61,623 nt of DNA from Chloroflexota bacterium. Its GTDB lineage: Bacteria > Chloroflexota > UBA11872. Positions 46,308-55,075 of this stretch are shown one piece after another; position 1 is the first letter of the stretch; each line of letters begins with the position of its first letter. The notes beneath the pieces were generated by a model, which saw only the letters and a list, made by a program, of their open reading frames with translations, did no database searches and was not told the origin of the DNA. A program made the position numbers and the translations under genes. Location: assembly GCA_028874315.1 (NCBI GenBank), contig JAPPKM010000170.1, positions 1-61,623 of the forward strand, given 5' to 3'.

Positions 46308-47720
46308 ATGCCGGCTTTGCACTCCTTCCTCGGCCACAGCACGTTCCGCATGATTCTCATGGGAGCGGCCCTGTCCGCAGCGCTGGCGCTGGTACTCACG
46401 GCCACGCTTGCCCGCGCTCAATGGCCCACAACCTGTGTGGAACTCAACGACGTCGTCGAGGCCCAACTGGGCAATAATCACAATGTCGGCATCTACCAGC
46501 GCGTCTTCGGCGACCGGGCCGAGCAGGCCTGCCAGAGCGACCATCGCTCCGATGTCCAGTCCGTCTTTGCCTGGGCAATTGCGACCCCGACGCCCCCAGC
46601 CGCACCGGAACCGGGGCCCGCACCTGCACCGGGGCCCGCGCCTGCGCCCGCGCCGGACCCGATGCTCACGTCGGCCCCGATCGGCGAAATCCTGACCCTC
46701 GCGGCATCACCCGCGGTCTTCCAGGACAGCACGATTTGGCTTGGCACCTCCACTGGCGGCGTCCTCCGGTCCACAAACGCTGGTGCGGGCTTCACCCAGC
46801 ACCTCGGCGGGCTACCCAGCCTGAAGGTATACGCCATCGCCCCGTCACCCACCCTGCCTGAGGACGGCATCGTGCTAGCGGCGACGGACGTCGGGATCGG
46901 GTATTCCAGCGACCGCGGAGCAACTTGGACTGCCGCTCCCGGTGCTCCCGGGGTCCGGACCGCCGGTATCGACGCATCGCCCCGATTCGCATCTGACCGC
47001 ACCTTTTACGCAATCTCCGACAACGGTGTGCTGAGTCGGTCCACGAACAGTGGCGCCAACTGGTCATCCGTCTCCGCAAATCCCGGAAATGGCCTACCCA
47101 GAGACGTGAACTTCAACGGTCTGATCGCGGTGCAGGGACGCGGCCAGAACATCCACCTCTTCACCTGGGTCTCGACCAACCTGTGGGTGAGCGACGATCT
47201 AGGGCGGAGCTTTCGGTCGGTGCTCGGCAAGGATGCGCTCCCGAAGGACTTCAGGATTACCGCGGTCGCAGTCCATCCCGACTGGCACTACGAGAGTGTC
47301 ATCTGGATCGGCTCGAGGGAGCACGGTGTATACCGGTCGGAAGATGCCGGTGAGAAGTTTGTGAACGTACTCCACAATCCGAGGCACGACAGCGACGCGG
47401 CCCTCGGTCAGATCAATGTCATTGCCCTCTCTCCCAACCTTCCTCGCGATGGAACGATCGTGGTCGGAACGGAGCGGGGCAGCGTCTTCCTGAGCAAGCG
47501 CAGTGAGCGGCAGGGAACGGTCAAAAACATCGGAGCGCCCTCAAGCTGGGATAACAAGAGCGCCAGCCTGACGGTCGGTAACGTGCGCGGGCTCGGGTTC
47601 AGTAACGGTTTCAGCGGTGACGACACCATTTACGCCGCCGGCGGGACGCAGTTCGCCTTTACTGGCAACGCCGGCAATGACTGGTACACCTATCCGCACG
47701 ATGCAGGTCCGACCAGCTAG
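46308..47720 (+). CDS. secreted Asp-box (BNR)/Ycf48-like beta-propeller protein
   Basis: ATG at 46308 after GGAGG. Signal/anchor segment MILMGAALSAALALVLTATLA, then a Pro/Ala linker, then repeated S.D.G.TW-type boxes (SSDRGATWT, STNSGANWS, SDDLGRSF, SEDAGEKF). Confidence 0.7.
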   Translation: MPALHSFLGHSTFRMILMGAALSAALALVLTATLARAQWPTTCVELNDVVEAQLGNNHNVGIYQRVFGDRAEQACQSDHRSDVQSVFAWAIATPTPPAAPEPGPAPAPGPAPAPAPDPMLTSAPIGEILTLAASPAVFQDSTIWLGTSTGGVLRSTNAGAGFTQHLGGLPSLKVYAIAPSPTLPEDGIVLAATDVGIGYSSDRGATWTAAPGAPGVRTAGIDASPRFASDRTFYAISDNGVLSRSTNSGANWSSVSANPGNGLPRDVNFNGLIAVQGRGQNIHLFTWVSTNLWVSDDLGRSFRSVLGKDALPKDFRITAVAVHPDWHYESVIWIGSREHGVYRSEDAGEKFVNVLHNPRHDSDAALGQINVIALSPNLPRDGTIVVGTERGSVFLSKRSERQGTVKNIGAPSSWDNKSASLTVGNVRGLGFSNGFSGDDTIYAAGGTQFAFTGNAGNDWYTYPHDAGPTS

Positions 47721-47842
47721 CCGGTTTTGCACGCCGAATTGCCGCGAGGAGGGCGACGGGGGGCGTCCCCGGCCCCGCCTAGGCCGGTAAGCGCGCCAGT
47801 GCCAACCCCGCCCGGTTAGCAGGTCCAATGTGGGCGGCATTA

Positions 47843-47852
47843 CCCCCCCCCC
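47843..47852. repeat. C10 homopolymer tract upstream of (or inside the 5' end of) the sulfatase gene
   Basis: cattaCCCCCCCCCCgcc, 45 nt before the GTG at 47897 and inside the alternative ATG-47828 reading frame (it would encode LPPP). Confidence 0.9.
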
Positions 47853-47896
47853 GCCGCGGCGACCTAGTCCCCCGCCGAAGTCACACCGGAGACACC

Positions 47897-49357
47897 GTGG
47901 ATCCCAAAAACCTCCTGGTTCTCATGTCCGACGAACACAATCCGCGCATGCTGGGTGCCGCCGGCCACCCGCTGGTGCAGACACCCAACCTGGACGCCCT
48001 GGCTTCCGCCGGCACCTCATTCACCTCGGCCTACTGCAACTCCCCCATCTGCGTCCCCTCGCGCGCCAGCTTCGCCACCGGCCGCTACGTCCATCAGATC
48101 GGCGCCTGGGACAACGCCGCGCCCTACACCGGCAGCGCGGCCTCCAGCTGGGGCCACCGGCTGGCCCAGCAGGGCCATGCCGTCACCACCATCGGCAAAC
48201 TCCACTACCGCAACAGCACCGACGATATCGGCTTCCCCGACCAGCGCATCCCCATGCACGTCATGCACGGCATCGGCGATGTCTACGGCTGCATTCGCGC
48301 CAACATGCCGGTCACCCGCTACCAACTCGGGCACGTGGACCAGGCAGGCGACACAGACTCCGAATACATCCGCTTCGACGCCGCCATCGCCGCCGAAGCC
48401 GTCCGTTGGCTCCACGCGGAGGCGCCAACGCACGACAAACCCTGGTGCCTGTTCGTCTCGTTCACCCTGCCCCACTTCCCGTTCGCCGCCCCCGAACACC
48501 ACCAGCGCCGCTACCGGCGGGACGACATCGACATGCCCATAGCCTGGTCGCCCGACCGATGGCCCATGCACCCGCCGCTGGCTGCGTTCCGCCACGCTCG
48601 TGTGCAAGATCCCGGGGACCTGCGTTCCGTCGACGCCATCCGCCGCGCCCGTCTCGTCTACTACGCCATGTGCTCATTCGTGGACGAGTTAATTGGGGAC
48701 GTGCTCGGCGCCCTGGGTGACGCGGACCTCGCCGACGACACTCGCATCGTCTACACCAGCGATCACGGAGAGACCCTGGGCGACTACGGCCTCTGGGGCA
48801 AGAGCGTCATGTACGACAGCGCCGCCGGCGTTCCGCTGATTCTGGCCGGACCCGAGGTGCCAGCCGGTCACTCGGTGGACTGCCCTGTGTCGCTGGTCGA
48901 CCTGGCCCCGACCATCATGGCCGGAACTGGAGCGGAGCCCACAGCGGAGGATGCGGACCTCCCCGGCACCAACCTATGGTCCATGGCCGCTGGCGATGAG
49001 CCAGTCGACCGCACCGTCTTCAGCGAATACCACGCCACCGGCTCCGCCTCCGCCGCCTACATGCTGCGCGACCGCCGCTGGAAATACGTTCACTGGGTCG
49101 GCCACGACCCCCAACTCTTCGATATGCAGGCTGATCCCCACGAGCTGACCAACCTGGCCGACCGTCCAACCCACCAGCCACGAGTTGCCGACTTTGGCCG
49201 CCGCCTGGCCGCCATCTGCGACCCCGTCGCCGTCGACGTCGCCGCCAAAGCCGATCAGCAACGTCGTATCGCAACCAACGGCGGCGAGGCCGCCGTCCTG
49301 GCCGCCGGCCAGCAAATCAACTTCACGCGAGCGCCCAAACAGTTCCGCCTGAACTGA
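47897..49357 (+). CDS. sulfatase-family hydrolase
   Basis: NLLVLMSDEHN, CNSPICVPSRASFATGR (C-x-P-x-R formylglycine motif), YTSDHGE, LWGK. GTG at 47897 after GGAGA; alternative ATG at 47828. Confidence 0.85.
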   Translation: MDPKNLLVLMSDEHNPRMLGAAGHPLVQTPNLDALASAGTSFTSAYCNSPICVPSRASFATGRYVHQIGAWDNAAPYTGSAASSWGHRLAQQGHAVTTIGKLHYRNSTDDIGFPDQRIPMHVMHGIGDVYGCIRANMPVTRYQLGHVDQAGDTDSEYIRFDAAIAAEAVRWLHAEAPTHDKPWCLFVSFTLPHFPFAAPEHHQRRYRRDDIDMPIAWSPDRWPMHPPLAAFRHARVQDPGDLRSVDAIRRARLVYYAMCSFVDELIGDVLGALGDADLADDTRIVYTSDHGETLGDYGLWGKSVMYDSAAGVPLILAGPEVPAGHSVDCPVSLVDLAPTIMAGTGAEPTAEDADLPGTNLWSMAAGDEPVDRTVFSEYHATGSASAAYMLRDRRWKYVHWVGHDPQLFDMQADPHELTNLADRPTHQPRVADFGRRLAAICDPVAVDVAAKADQQRRIATNGGEAAVLAAGQQINFTRAPKQFRLN

Positions 49358-49439
49358 GTCACAAACCGTGCGGGTGCTAAATTTTGGCTTGAGTTCAAGT
49401 AGTCAGAATCGTCACCGCTAGAAGTTTCGGAGCGTCCCA

Positions 49440-49883
49440 ATGGATCAAGTTCGCCGTGTAGTCGCGGTCGCCCTCATCGTGCTCGCGGTCGCCGTTGGAC
49501 TGAACCTCATGCTCACCCCCGTCTACCACGATGGCGGCGAAACCTATCCCATATGGCAGGTGATGAATTGGTTCATGGCCGTGGCCGTGATGATTGCGCT
49601 CCTCATCAGCTTCCACCGCGTCCGCAGCCTCAACGGCGGCCCTAACGACCCCGTCACTCGCGAATACCTGGGCGCCACCGCCCTCTTCCTCGGAGCCACG
49701 GGCCTGAGCATCATCTTCTACTGGAACTGGCTCTGGACGCTGTTCCCCGAGAGCGAAACCGGCCTTGCCGCCCAGTCCCACATCAACCACTTTCCCTGGA
49801 TGGACGTACTCTTCACCTGGGTCGCAGGCAGCGCCGGCCTGTACCTCTGGCGCGCCGCCGGCGAGAAGATGAGCCGCGGCTAG
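49440..49883 (+). CDS. hypothetical integral membrane protein (4 predicted TM segments)
   Basis: 147 aa with four hydrophobic stretches; no family recognised. Confidence 0.5.
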   Translation: MDQVRRVVAVALIVLAVAVGLNLMLTPVYHDGGETYPIWQVMNWFMAVAVMIALLISFHRVRSLNGGPNDPVTREYLGATALFLGATGLSIIFYWNWLWTLFPESETGLAAQSHINHFPWMDVLFTWVAGSAGLYLWRAAGEKMSRG

Positions 49884-49941
49884 CGCCGAACCCCCTTCGC
49901 ATCCCACGGTCCGTCGCGACGGGCATTAGGAGGATCACATC

Positions 49942-50496
49942 GTGCAATCCGACCAGGCCGGCGTAACCGGCAAGACTTTGCTCGATGCCCGGTTCGATCG
50001 CAGCGCCATCGGCTACTGGCGAGTGCTCGTCTCGCTTCTTATGGTCATCACCATCGTAGGTATCCCGTTCATTCCCTTCTGGCTCCTCTACAGCCTCTGG
50101 TTCGGCCCGAAGTACTTCAATGGCCTTTCCGCCCGCCTCACCACCCAGGCGCTCGAACTGCGCAAGGGCGTCTTCACGCGCAGCGAGTCCACCGTCCCGC
50201 TCAACCGCATCACCGACCTCAAGCTCCACCAGGGACCGATCATGCGCCGTTTTGGCCTGCACGGGCTAAAAGTGGAAACCGCCGGCCAGTCCGGGCCGAA
50301 CGCGGGGAGCGAGGGCAACCTGCTGGGCGTCGTGGACGCCGAGGCTTTCCGCAACGCCATCCTCCGCCAGCGACAAATAACCCTTGGCGCCGAACCTTCC
50401 GAAGCCGTCCCCAGGACACGAGCGGCTCCGAGCGACGCCACCGAACTCCTCACCGAAATCCGCGACATTCTTGCCCGCATCGAAGCCAGGCAGTAG
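49942..50496 (+). CDS. bacterial PH-domain (bPH_2/YdbS-like) membrane protein
   Basis: Two TM segments followed by LELRKGVFTRSESTVPLNRITDLKLHQGPIMRRFGLHGLKVETAG, the typical bPH_2 core. Confidence 0.75.
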   Translation: MQSDQAGVTGKTLLDARFDRSAIGYWRVLVSLLMVITIVGIPFIPFWLLYSLWFGPKYFNGLSARLTTQALELRKGVFTRSESTVPLNRITDLKLHQGPIMRRFGLHGLKVETAGQSGPNAGSEGNLLGVVDAEAFRNAILRQRQITLGAEPSEAVPRTRAAPSDATELLTEIRDILARIEARQ

Positions 50497-50524
50497 TCGG
50501 GCGGTCGTCCGCCGCCGGCTGGCC

Positions 50525-50983
50525 CTACCCTTCCGCCGCTCGCCGCAATCCCGCAATGTCGATCTTCGTCATCTCCAGCAGGGCCTCCATTACCGCCTTG
50601 GGCGCCGGGGCCATGATCTCGCCCAGACCCGCCGGGATGACCTGCCACGACAGGCCGAATCTGTCGACAAGCCAACCGCACGGCTGCGTCCGCCCGCCCT
50701 CGGATAGCCGTTCCCAGTAATGGTCGATCTCGTCCTGCGTCTGGCACTCCACCACAAACGAGACCGCCGGCGTAAAGCTGTACATCGGCCCGCCGTCCAC
50801 CCCGCCGAGTCGCTGCCCATCCAGCTCGAACTCCACGATCGCACCGCCCTCGGCCGGCCCCGTCGAGATCTTCTCCACGTGCACGATCCTCGAGTTCGGA
50901 AAAACCGACACGTAGAACCTCGCCGCTTCCTCGGCCTGGCTATCGAACCAGAGAAACGGGTGAATCCTGGAAATCGATGGCAT
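50525..50983 (-). CDS. VOC-superfamily protein (PhnB / 3-demethylubiquinone-9 3-methyltransferase-like domain)
   Basis: IHPFLWFDSQAEEAARFYVSVFPNS..FELDGQ..DHYWERLSEGG..CGWLVDRFGLSWQVIP. Confidence 0.85.
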   Translation of the reverse strand: MPSISRIHPFLWFDSQAEEAARFYVSVFPNSRIVHVEKISTGPAEGGAIVEFELDGQRLGGVDGGPMYSFTPAVSFVVECQTQDEIDHYWERLSEGGRTQPCGWLVDRFGLSWQVIPAGLGEIMAPAPKAVMEALLEMTKIDIAGLRRAAEG

Positions 50984-51123
50984 ATGTATTCGCCTTGCAA
51001 TTCTGGCGGCCGGATTCGCATTCCCGGCGCGGGATGAGCGTCGCGGCCAATGACCGGGGCACTGTCAATTCAGATTAGCCGTGCCGTGCAAGGTCCCGCT
51101 GCGTGCCGGGACCAGACCTAAAC

Positions 51124-51165
51124 GGAGCCACCGGCCCGGCGTTTGAACGCCAGGCCGGTGGCTCC
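51124..51165 (-). terminator. long GC hairpin immediately downstream of the scaffold-like gene
   Basis: GGAGCCACCGGCC-16 nt-GGCCGGTGGCTCC, a perfect 13-bp stem, 26 nt after the stop at 51192. Confidence 0.5.
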
Positions 51166-51191
51166 GGCCACTTCGGACAACCGGGAGCCGG

Positions 51192-51854
51192 CTACGTCAG
51201 CCCACGTCGCCGGCGGGCCGTCTCGTAGGTTTCAAGGTCAACCTCGCCACGGGCGAACCCGGCCTCGATCTGCTGAAATGCGTCGGCGGGCGCGCCGCGA
51301 CTGGGGAAAAGGTCGGGTGAAGGATCCTGGCGTCGCCGCTCGGCCAGTCGGTCTTGCGCCTCGGCCTCGCGCTCCAGGTCAACCGGCGGCGGCGCGGCCT
51401 CCACCGGTTCAGCGTCGTCCTGATCGTCGTGCTGCGTCTCGGCGCCGGACGCTGGTTCATCGGACGCGGGTTGGCCCGCTGTCTCGTCGCTCGATTCCGG
51501 TCGCCGGGTATCCGCCTGGTTCGGCGCCAGGCCCTCTGTCAGTCCCGTCTTCAGCCACTGGCCCACCGCCTGCGGATCCGCCTCGGCGATCCAGGCCAAC
51601 AGCTCGGGGTCGATCGATTGGCCGGCCTCCGACTCCCAGCGTCGCCTGGCGCGGTTCAGTTCGCGATCCTTGCGCGACTGCCAGCGGCGCTCCACGGCGT
51701 CGATACGCCGGGCCACTTCCGCTTCCAGCGCCGCCTGAAAGTCATCCGTCGAATCCGCCTCGTCCGCCCGCGCCGTGGCTGCGGCGGCATCCGTTCCAGT
51801 GGCGCCGTCGGTCGATCGGCTCGTCACGGCGGTATCCCTCGATTCTCCGGTCAT
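51192..51854 (-). CDS. acidic coiled-coil protein (scaffolding-protein candidate)
   Basis: 220 aa, very Asp/Glu- and Ala-rich with helical Arg/Glu segments; ATGA-coupled to the upstream gene. The call rests on position and composition only. Confidence 0.45.
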   Translation of the reverse strand: MTGESRDTAVTSRSTDGATGTDAAAATARADEADSTDDFQAALEAEVARRIDAVERRWQSRKDRELNRARRRWESEAGQSIDPELLAWIAEADPQAVGQWLKTGLTEGLAPNQADTRRPESSDETAGQPASDEPASGAETQHDDQDDAEPVEAAPPPVDLEREAEAQDRLAERRRQDPSPDLFPSRGAPADAFQQIEAGFARGEVDLETYETARRRRGLT

Positions 51855-52603
51855 GCCTGCTCCTTTTCTTGCGCGCCTACCGGCTCTGCCTGGGCGCTGG
51901 CCAGGGCGGCTGTCAGATCCGCCTCTGGTATTGAGTCGGGCCCGGCCTGAATCCGGGCGCCCAGCCGGGCCGCGAGGTCCAACATCTCCGTCGCGCGGAC
52001 GGCATGGACTTCGTCGGCTTCATGTGCCCAACGCGTCAATCGACGCTCCAGCGTCGGTCGGCAGTCGCGTAGCAGCGCGGTCAGGTCGAACCGAAGTCGG
52101 CGCAGCCGCGCCGCGTGGGCTGATGCGCCAATCCGCGCATAGCCTTCGCTCACCATCAGCGTCAGCAACTCGTCGGCCGAGGCCACGCGGCACAGGTCCC
52201 AGTGGGCCAGCTGCTTCGGCGCGGGCTCGTCGCAGTCGATCCGCAAACAGCCGGGCGACCATTGGCTGCCGGGCGCGCCGCACTGCGGGCAGTGCCAGTG
52301 CGCTCGCAGCAACAGCCCGCGCCGCACACACGCCTCGTCCAATCGCTGGCTTACGTAGCGACGGACGGCCGGTGAAGCGTCATTCCCGCGTGCCGCGCTA
52401 CTTACGGCCGCTATGCAGGCGCGTTCAAACGGCGTCGGCTCGGACTCGCTCAGCGTTCGATCCACCAGGCGCCGGGCGGACTGGTGATCGTCGGACGTGA
52501 GGGCATAGGCCGCGGCGTCATCGTGGCCCGGAGTCCGGGCTCGCAGAATCAAGCGCCCGTCCTGGCGCTGGATTGTCAACACGTCAACCTTCCAATTCGT
52601 CAC
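51851..52603 (-). CDS. hypothetical phage-associated protein with CxxC pair
   Basis: 250 aa, GTG start, HWHCPQCGAPGSQWSPGC motif; first gene of the leftward operon under the XRE-adjacent promoter. Confidence 0.5.
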   Translation of the reverse strand: MTNWKVDVLTIQRQDGRLILRARTPGHDDAAAYALTSDDHQSARRLVDRTLSESEPTPFERACIAAVSSAARGNDASPAVRRYVSQRLDEACVRRGLLLRAHWHCPQCGAPGSQWSPGCLRIDCDEPAPKQLAHWDLCRVASADELLTLMVSEGYARIGASAHAARLRRLRFDLTALLRDCRPTLERRLTRWAHEADEVHAVRATEMLDLAARLGARIQAGPDSIPEADLTAALASAQAEPVGAQEKEQA

Positions 52604-52676
52604 GGCGTCGACGCCGGGGGGTCCGCCCAGGCCAGCGATGTCGGAATCACAAACCCCCGGCGTCGCGCCTAATCAA

Positions 52677-52714
52677 TACTCTAGTAGAGTACAGACCCGC
52701 TGGCGGGCTGTCAA
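52677..52714 (-). promoter_or_regulatory. leftward promoter TTGACA-17-TACTCT with a 7-1-7 palindromic operator over the -10
   Basis: Minus strand: TTGACA (52709-52714), 17-nt spacer, TACTCT (52686-52691). Palindrome TACTCTA-n-TAGAGTA at 52677-52691. Confidence 0.5.
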
Positions 52715-52738
52715 CCCCGTGGGTACAATGGGCGCAGC

Positions 52739-53266
52739 ATGAGCGAAACGCCGCCGGGAATGCGCTTCGCGGCCGTGCTGAACAGCACCCGCCGCGCCGC
52801 CGGCCTTTCATATCGCCAGCTGGCGCAGGCCAGCGGGATCTCCCACTCCTTCCTCAGCCACGTCGAAAAGGGGGAACGCCGTGCGCCGCCGGCCAAGGCC
52901 ATCCTCGCCCTGGCGGACGCGCTCGAAGCCGACCGCACGACCTTCGCCCTGGCCGCCATCGCCGACCGGGCCGGCAACGACGTCGCCGCCACCATGGTCG
53001 CGGCCCTTCAGCGTGGTCCGGTGGGACGGGACGTTGATCCCACGGCCGGCGGCGTCCTCATCGAGTCCGGACCTGACGATGCCGAGTCGAACTTGTCTGA
53101 CCTGACGAACCGCGACGACGCCATCGCCGAGGTCGAGCGACGCCTCGCCTTCGTGGACCTGCAACTGGACGCCGGCTTCATGCGTCTGGCCATCAGTTCC
53201 GCTTCCGGCGCCGATCCCATCGTCATGCTCGTCAGCGCCGGCGCCGACGATCCGGCAGGCGATTAG
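52739..53266 (+). CDS. XRE-family helix-turn-helix transcriptional regulator
   Basis: LSYRQLAQASGISHSFLSHVEKGERR (HTH_3). TACAAT -10 lies 9 nt before the ATG with no RBS, so the mRNA is probably near-leaderless. Confidence 0.8.
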   Translation: MSETPPGMRFAAVLNSTRRAAGLSYRQLAQASGISHSFLSHVEKGERRAPPAKAILALADALEADRTTFALAAIADRAGNDVAATMVAALQRGPVGRDVDPTAGGVLIESGPDDAESNLSDLTNRDDAIAEVERRLAFVDLQLDAGFMRLAISSASGADPIVMLVSAGADDPAGD

Positions 53267-53299
53267 AGCCGCTCGCCGACGCAGCGCTGGGCGTCCCCG

Positions 53300-54601
53300 C
53301 TACCACGTGATTCGAAACGGAATACTCTGGCGCGGTGGCCGCTCGATGGCCCCAAAGCGATCGAACAGCCAGTAGGTCAACGCCTTGATGGCGTGATTGT
53401 CGCGGTCGATCGGGATCTCAGAGATTGGCTCCAGGTCGGATGCCTCGTGGTAGCGGTAGAGCCCGAACTCCTCGATCAAGTTCTGACACTCGGGAGCAAC
53501 CGTCAGGCGCGCCTTGCCGCTGGCCGGATCGCGTAAGAACGTGCGCAGGCGGTCGATGCCGCTCCGCAGCGGAACGCGGTGTGAGCGCAGTCGCACCCCC
53601 GCCAGTGAGGCCCAGATCTCGATCTGACTTGGTGCCGCGTGGTGCTGCCGACCGGCTACGTCGATCACCCCGCCCCGCACTCGCGGCCACCAAGCACGCT
53701 GCCGGCAGGCCGCAATAACGTCCCCCGCCACTCGCCGGCGCACGTATACCTCGTCGACCACGGCCACGTCCGCCCCACGCTGCTCGAGGGCCAGCACGGC
53801 ATACGCACCGGCGTATCCGGGATCGATGGCCAACTCAACCGGTCCGCCGCTGGCGCGTGCCTCCGGCTGGACGTGCACGCGTGGCTCGAATTCTCGAAAA
53901 ACCAGCGTCGACGGCGGGCACGGCACCCCGCCAAACCGCTCCATGAACAGATCAGGCGGGAATAGGGCCTCCAGGTCAGCGATCTCCGGATCGTCGCGGC
54001 CGCCCGGATAGAGCGACCGGTTCTCCCACGACGGGATCGAAAAGGCCCGAGCATCCGATCTCCCCTTGTGCTGCCAGGCGCGAAACTTATCCGCGTACCA
54101 GCCACGCGAGCCTTCAAAGGTCCCGCTCAGCCACAGCCAGCCGCGCCGCTCCGCAATTCGCCCTCGTAGCCGCAGAAACACCGATGGCGGCAGCTGCGCC
54201 GCTTCGCACCCCAGAATCCCGTCCGGCGCCTCACCCGCCAGCCGCTCCGGCTCGCGCGCGCTGCGCGTCACGATCCGCGCGCCTGTTCGCGTGACAAGCT
54301 CGCAACGGCTGCTCCCGGGATACCGCACCGACGCCACGGCGTCGATCCGCCGGCAGGCGTCCAGGACATACTCGAATTCCGGACGGCACAGGTCGTACTC
54401 CGGGCCCACCAGCCAGTACAGCCCGCCCTCCAGCAAGCGTCCAAACAGCTCCATGGCCGCGCTGCGGCTCTTGCCGGCCCGCTCGCCGCCCGCAATCAGG
54501 CGGACTCGGGCCGGGCAGTCGTGGGCGGCGCGCTGCGCGGGCGACGGATCGTATCCCGCTCGCGCCCACAGCGCGTCACGCGCCTCGTGCGGCACGCTCA
54601 C
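53300..54601 (-). CDS. phage terminase large subunit
   Basis: Walker A LIAGGERAGKS. C-terminal RNase-H-like nuclease motifs AIDPGYAGAYAV and DRDNHAIKALTYW. GTG at 54601 after GGAAGAGG; 433 aa. Confidence 0.8.
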   Translation of the reverse strand: MSVPHEARDALWARAGYDPSPAQRAAHDCPARVRLIAGGERAGKSRSAAMELFGRLLEGGLYWLVGPEYDLCRPEFEYVLDACRRIDAVASVRYPGSSRCELVTRTGARIVTRSAREPERLAGEAPDGILGCEAAQLPPSVFLRLRGRIAERRGWLWLSGTFEGSRGWYADKFRAWQHKGRSDARAFSIPSWENRSLYPGGRDDPEIADLEALFPPDLFMERFGGVPCPPSTLVFREFEPRVHVQPEARASGGPVELAIDPGYAGAYAVLALEQRGADVAVVDEVYVRRRVAGDVIAACRQRAWWPRVRGGVIDVAGRQHHAAPSQIEIWASLAGVRLRSHRVPLRSGIDRLRTFLRDPASGKARLTVAPECQNLIEEFGLYRYHEASDLEPISEIPIDRDNHAIKALTYWLFDRFGAIERPPRQSIPFRITW

Positions 54602-54851
54602 GTACCTCTTCCAGCAGCGTTCGCAGGCCGTCCTCACCCTCGGCATCGCGCGCAAACACGTACCGAACCACCAGTTCCACCGCCCAGCGCTCGCCGTCCA
54701 GCGCCTTGGCCATGATCGTCTGGCAGAGCGCCTCATACTCCGCGTTCGCGATGGTGGTCAGGCGCTTGGCGAAGGCGCTGCTGGCGTCGCCGCTACCGGC
54801 GGCCACGGACTCGGGACCCTGCGCCGGTACCGCCGATCGGCGCTCGCCCAT
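54576..54851 (-). CDS. small protein overlapping the TerL start (terminase small-subunit candidate)
   Basis: 91 aa from ATG 54851. The 26-nt out-of-frame overlap with TerL suggests coupling. The function is assigned from position only. Confidence 0.35.
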   Translation of the reverse strand: MGERRSAVPAQGPESVAAGSGDASSAFAKRLTTIANAEYEALCQTIMAKALDGERWAVELVVRYVFARDAEGEDGLRTLLEEVRERAARGA

Positions 54852-55075
54852 CGGCCAGTAGCTGGCACAAGAGCGCGCGCTGCCCTGACGAGCGAGATTG
54901 GACGGCAGTCGGTATCTCCGAACGCACCGGCCCGCCAACCATCTCGTCGCTCGACGTTGCCGCGGCTGTTTCGCGCGTTCCAGCACCCGGCAACCAGCCC
55001 GCCCGGATGCGCCAGGCCAACTGCTGAATCAATCGCTGCACGCGCACCTGCGTCACATCCGGTGCCCGGCTCGGC

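Noticed and set aside
45751-46353. In-frame N-terminal extension of the capsid ORF (to 45972), the 90-aa ORF 45702..45974 and the plus-strand ORF 45991..46353.
   Set aside because: The extensions are Arg/Pro/Ser-rich and lack an RBS, while GGAGGA-6-GTG at 45750 gives a sensible start. The region is better explained as a promoter and leader.
46585-46660. Short-period DNA repetition (ccggggcccgcacctgcacc / ccggggcccgcgcctgcgcc) that could look like a micro-array or VNTR.
   Set aside because: It is in frame within the propeller gene and encodes a Pro/Ala/Gly linker (PGPAPAPGPAPAPAP). It is not a CRISPR array or a regulatory repeat.
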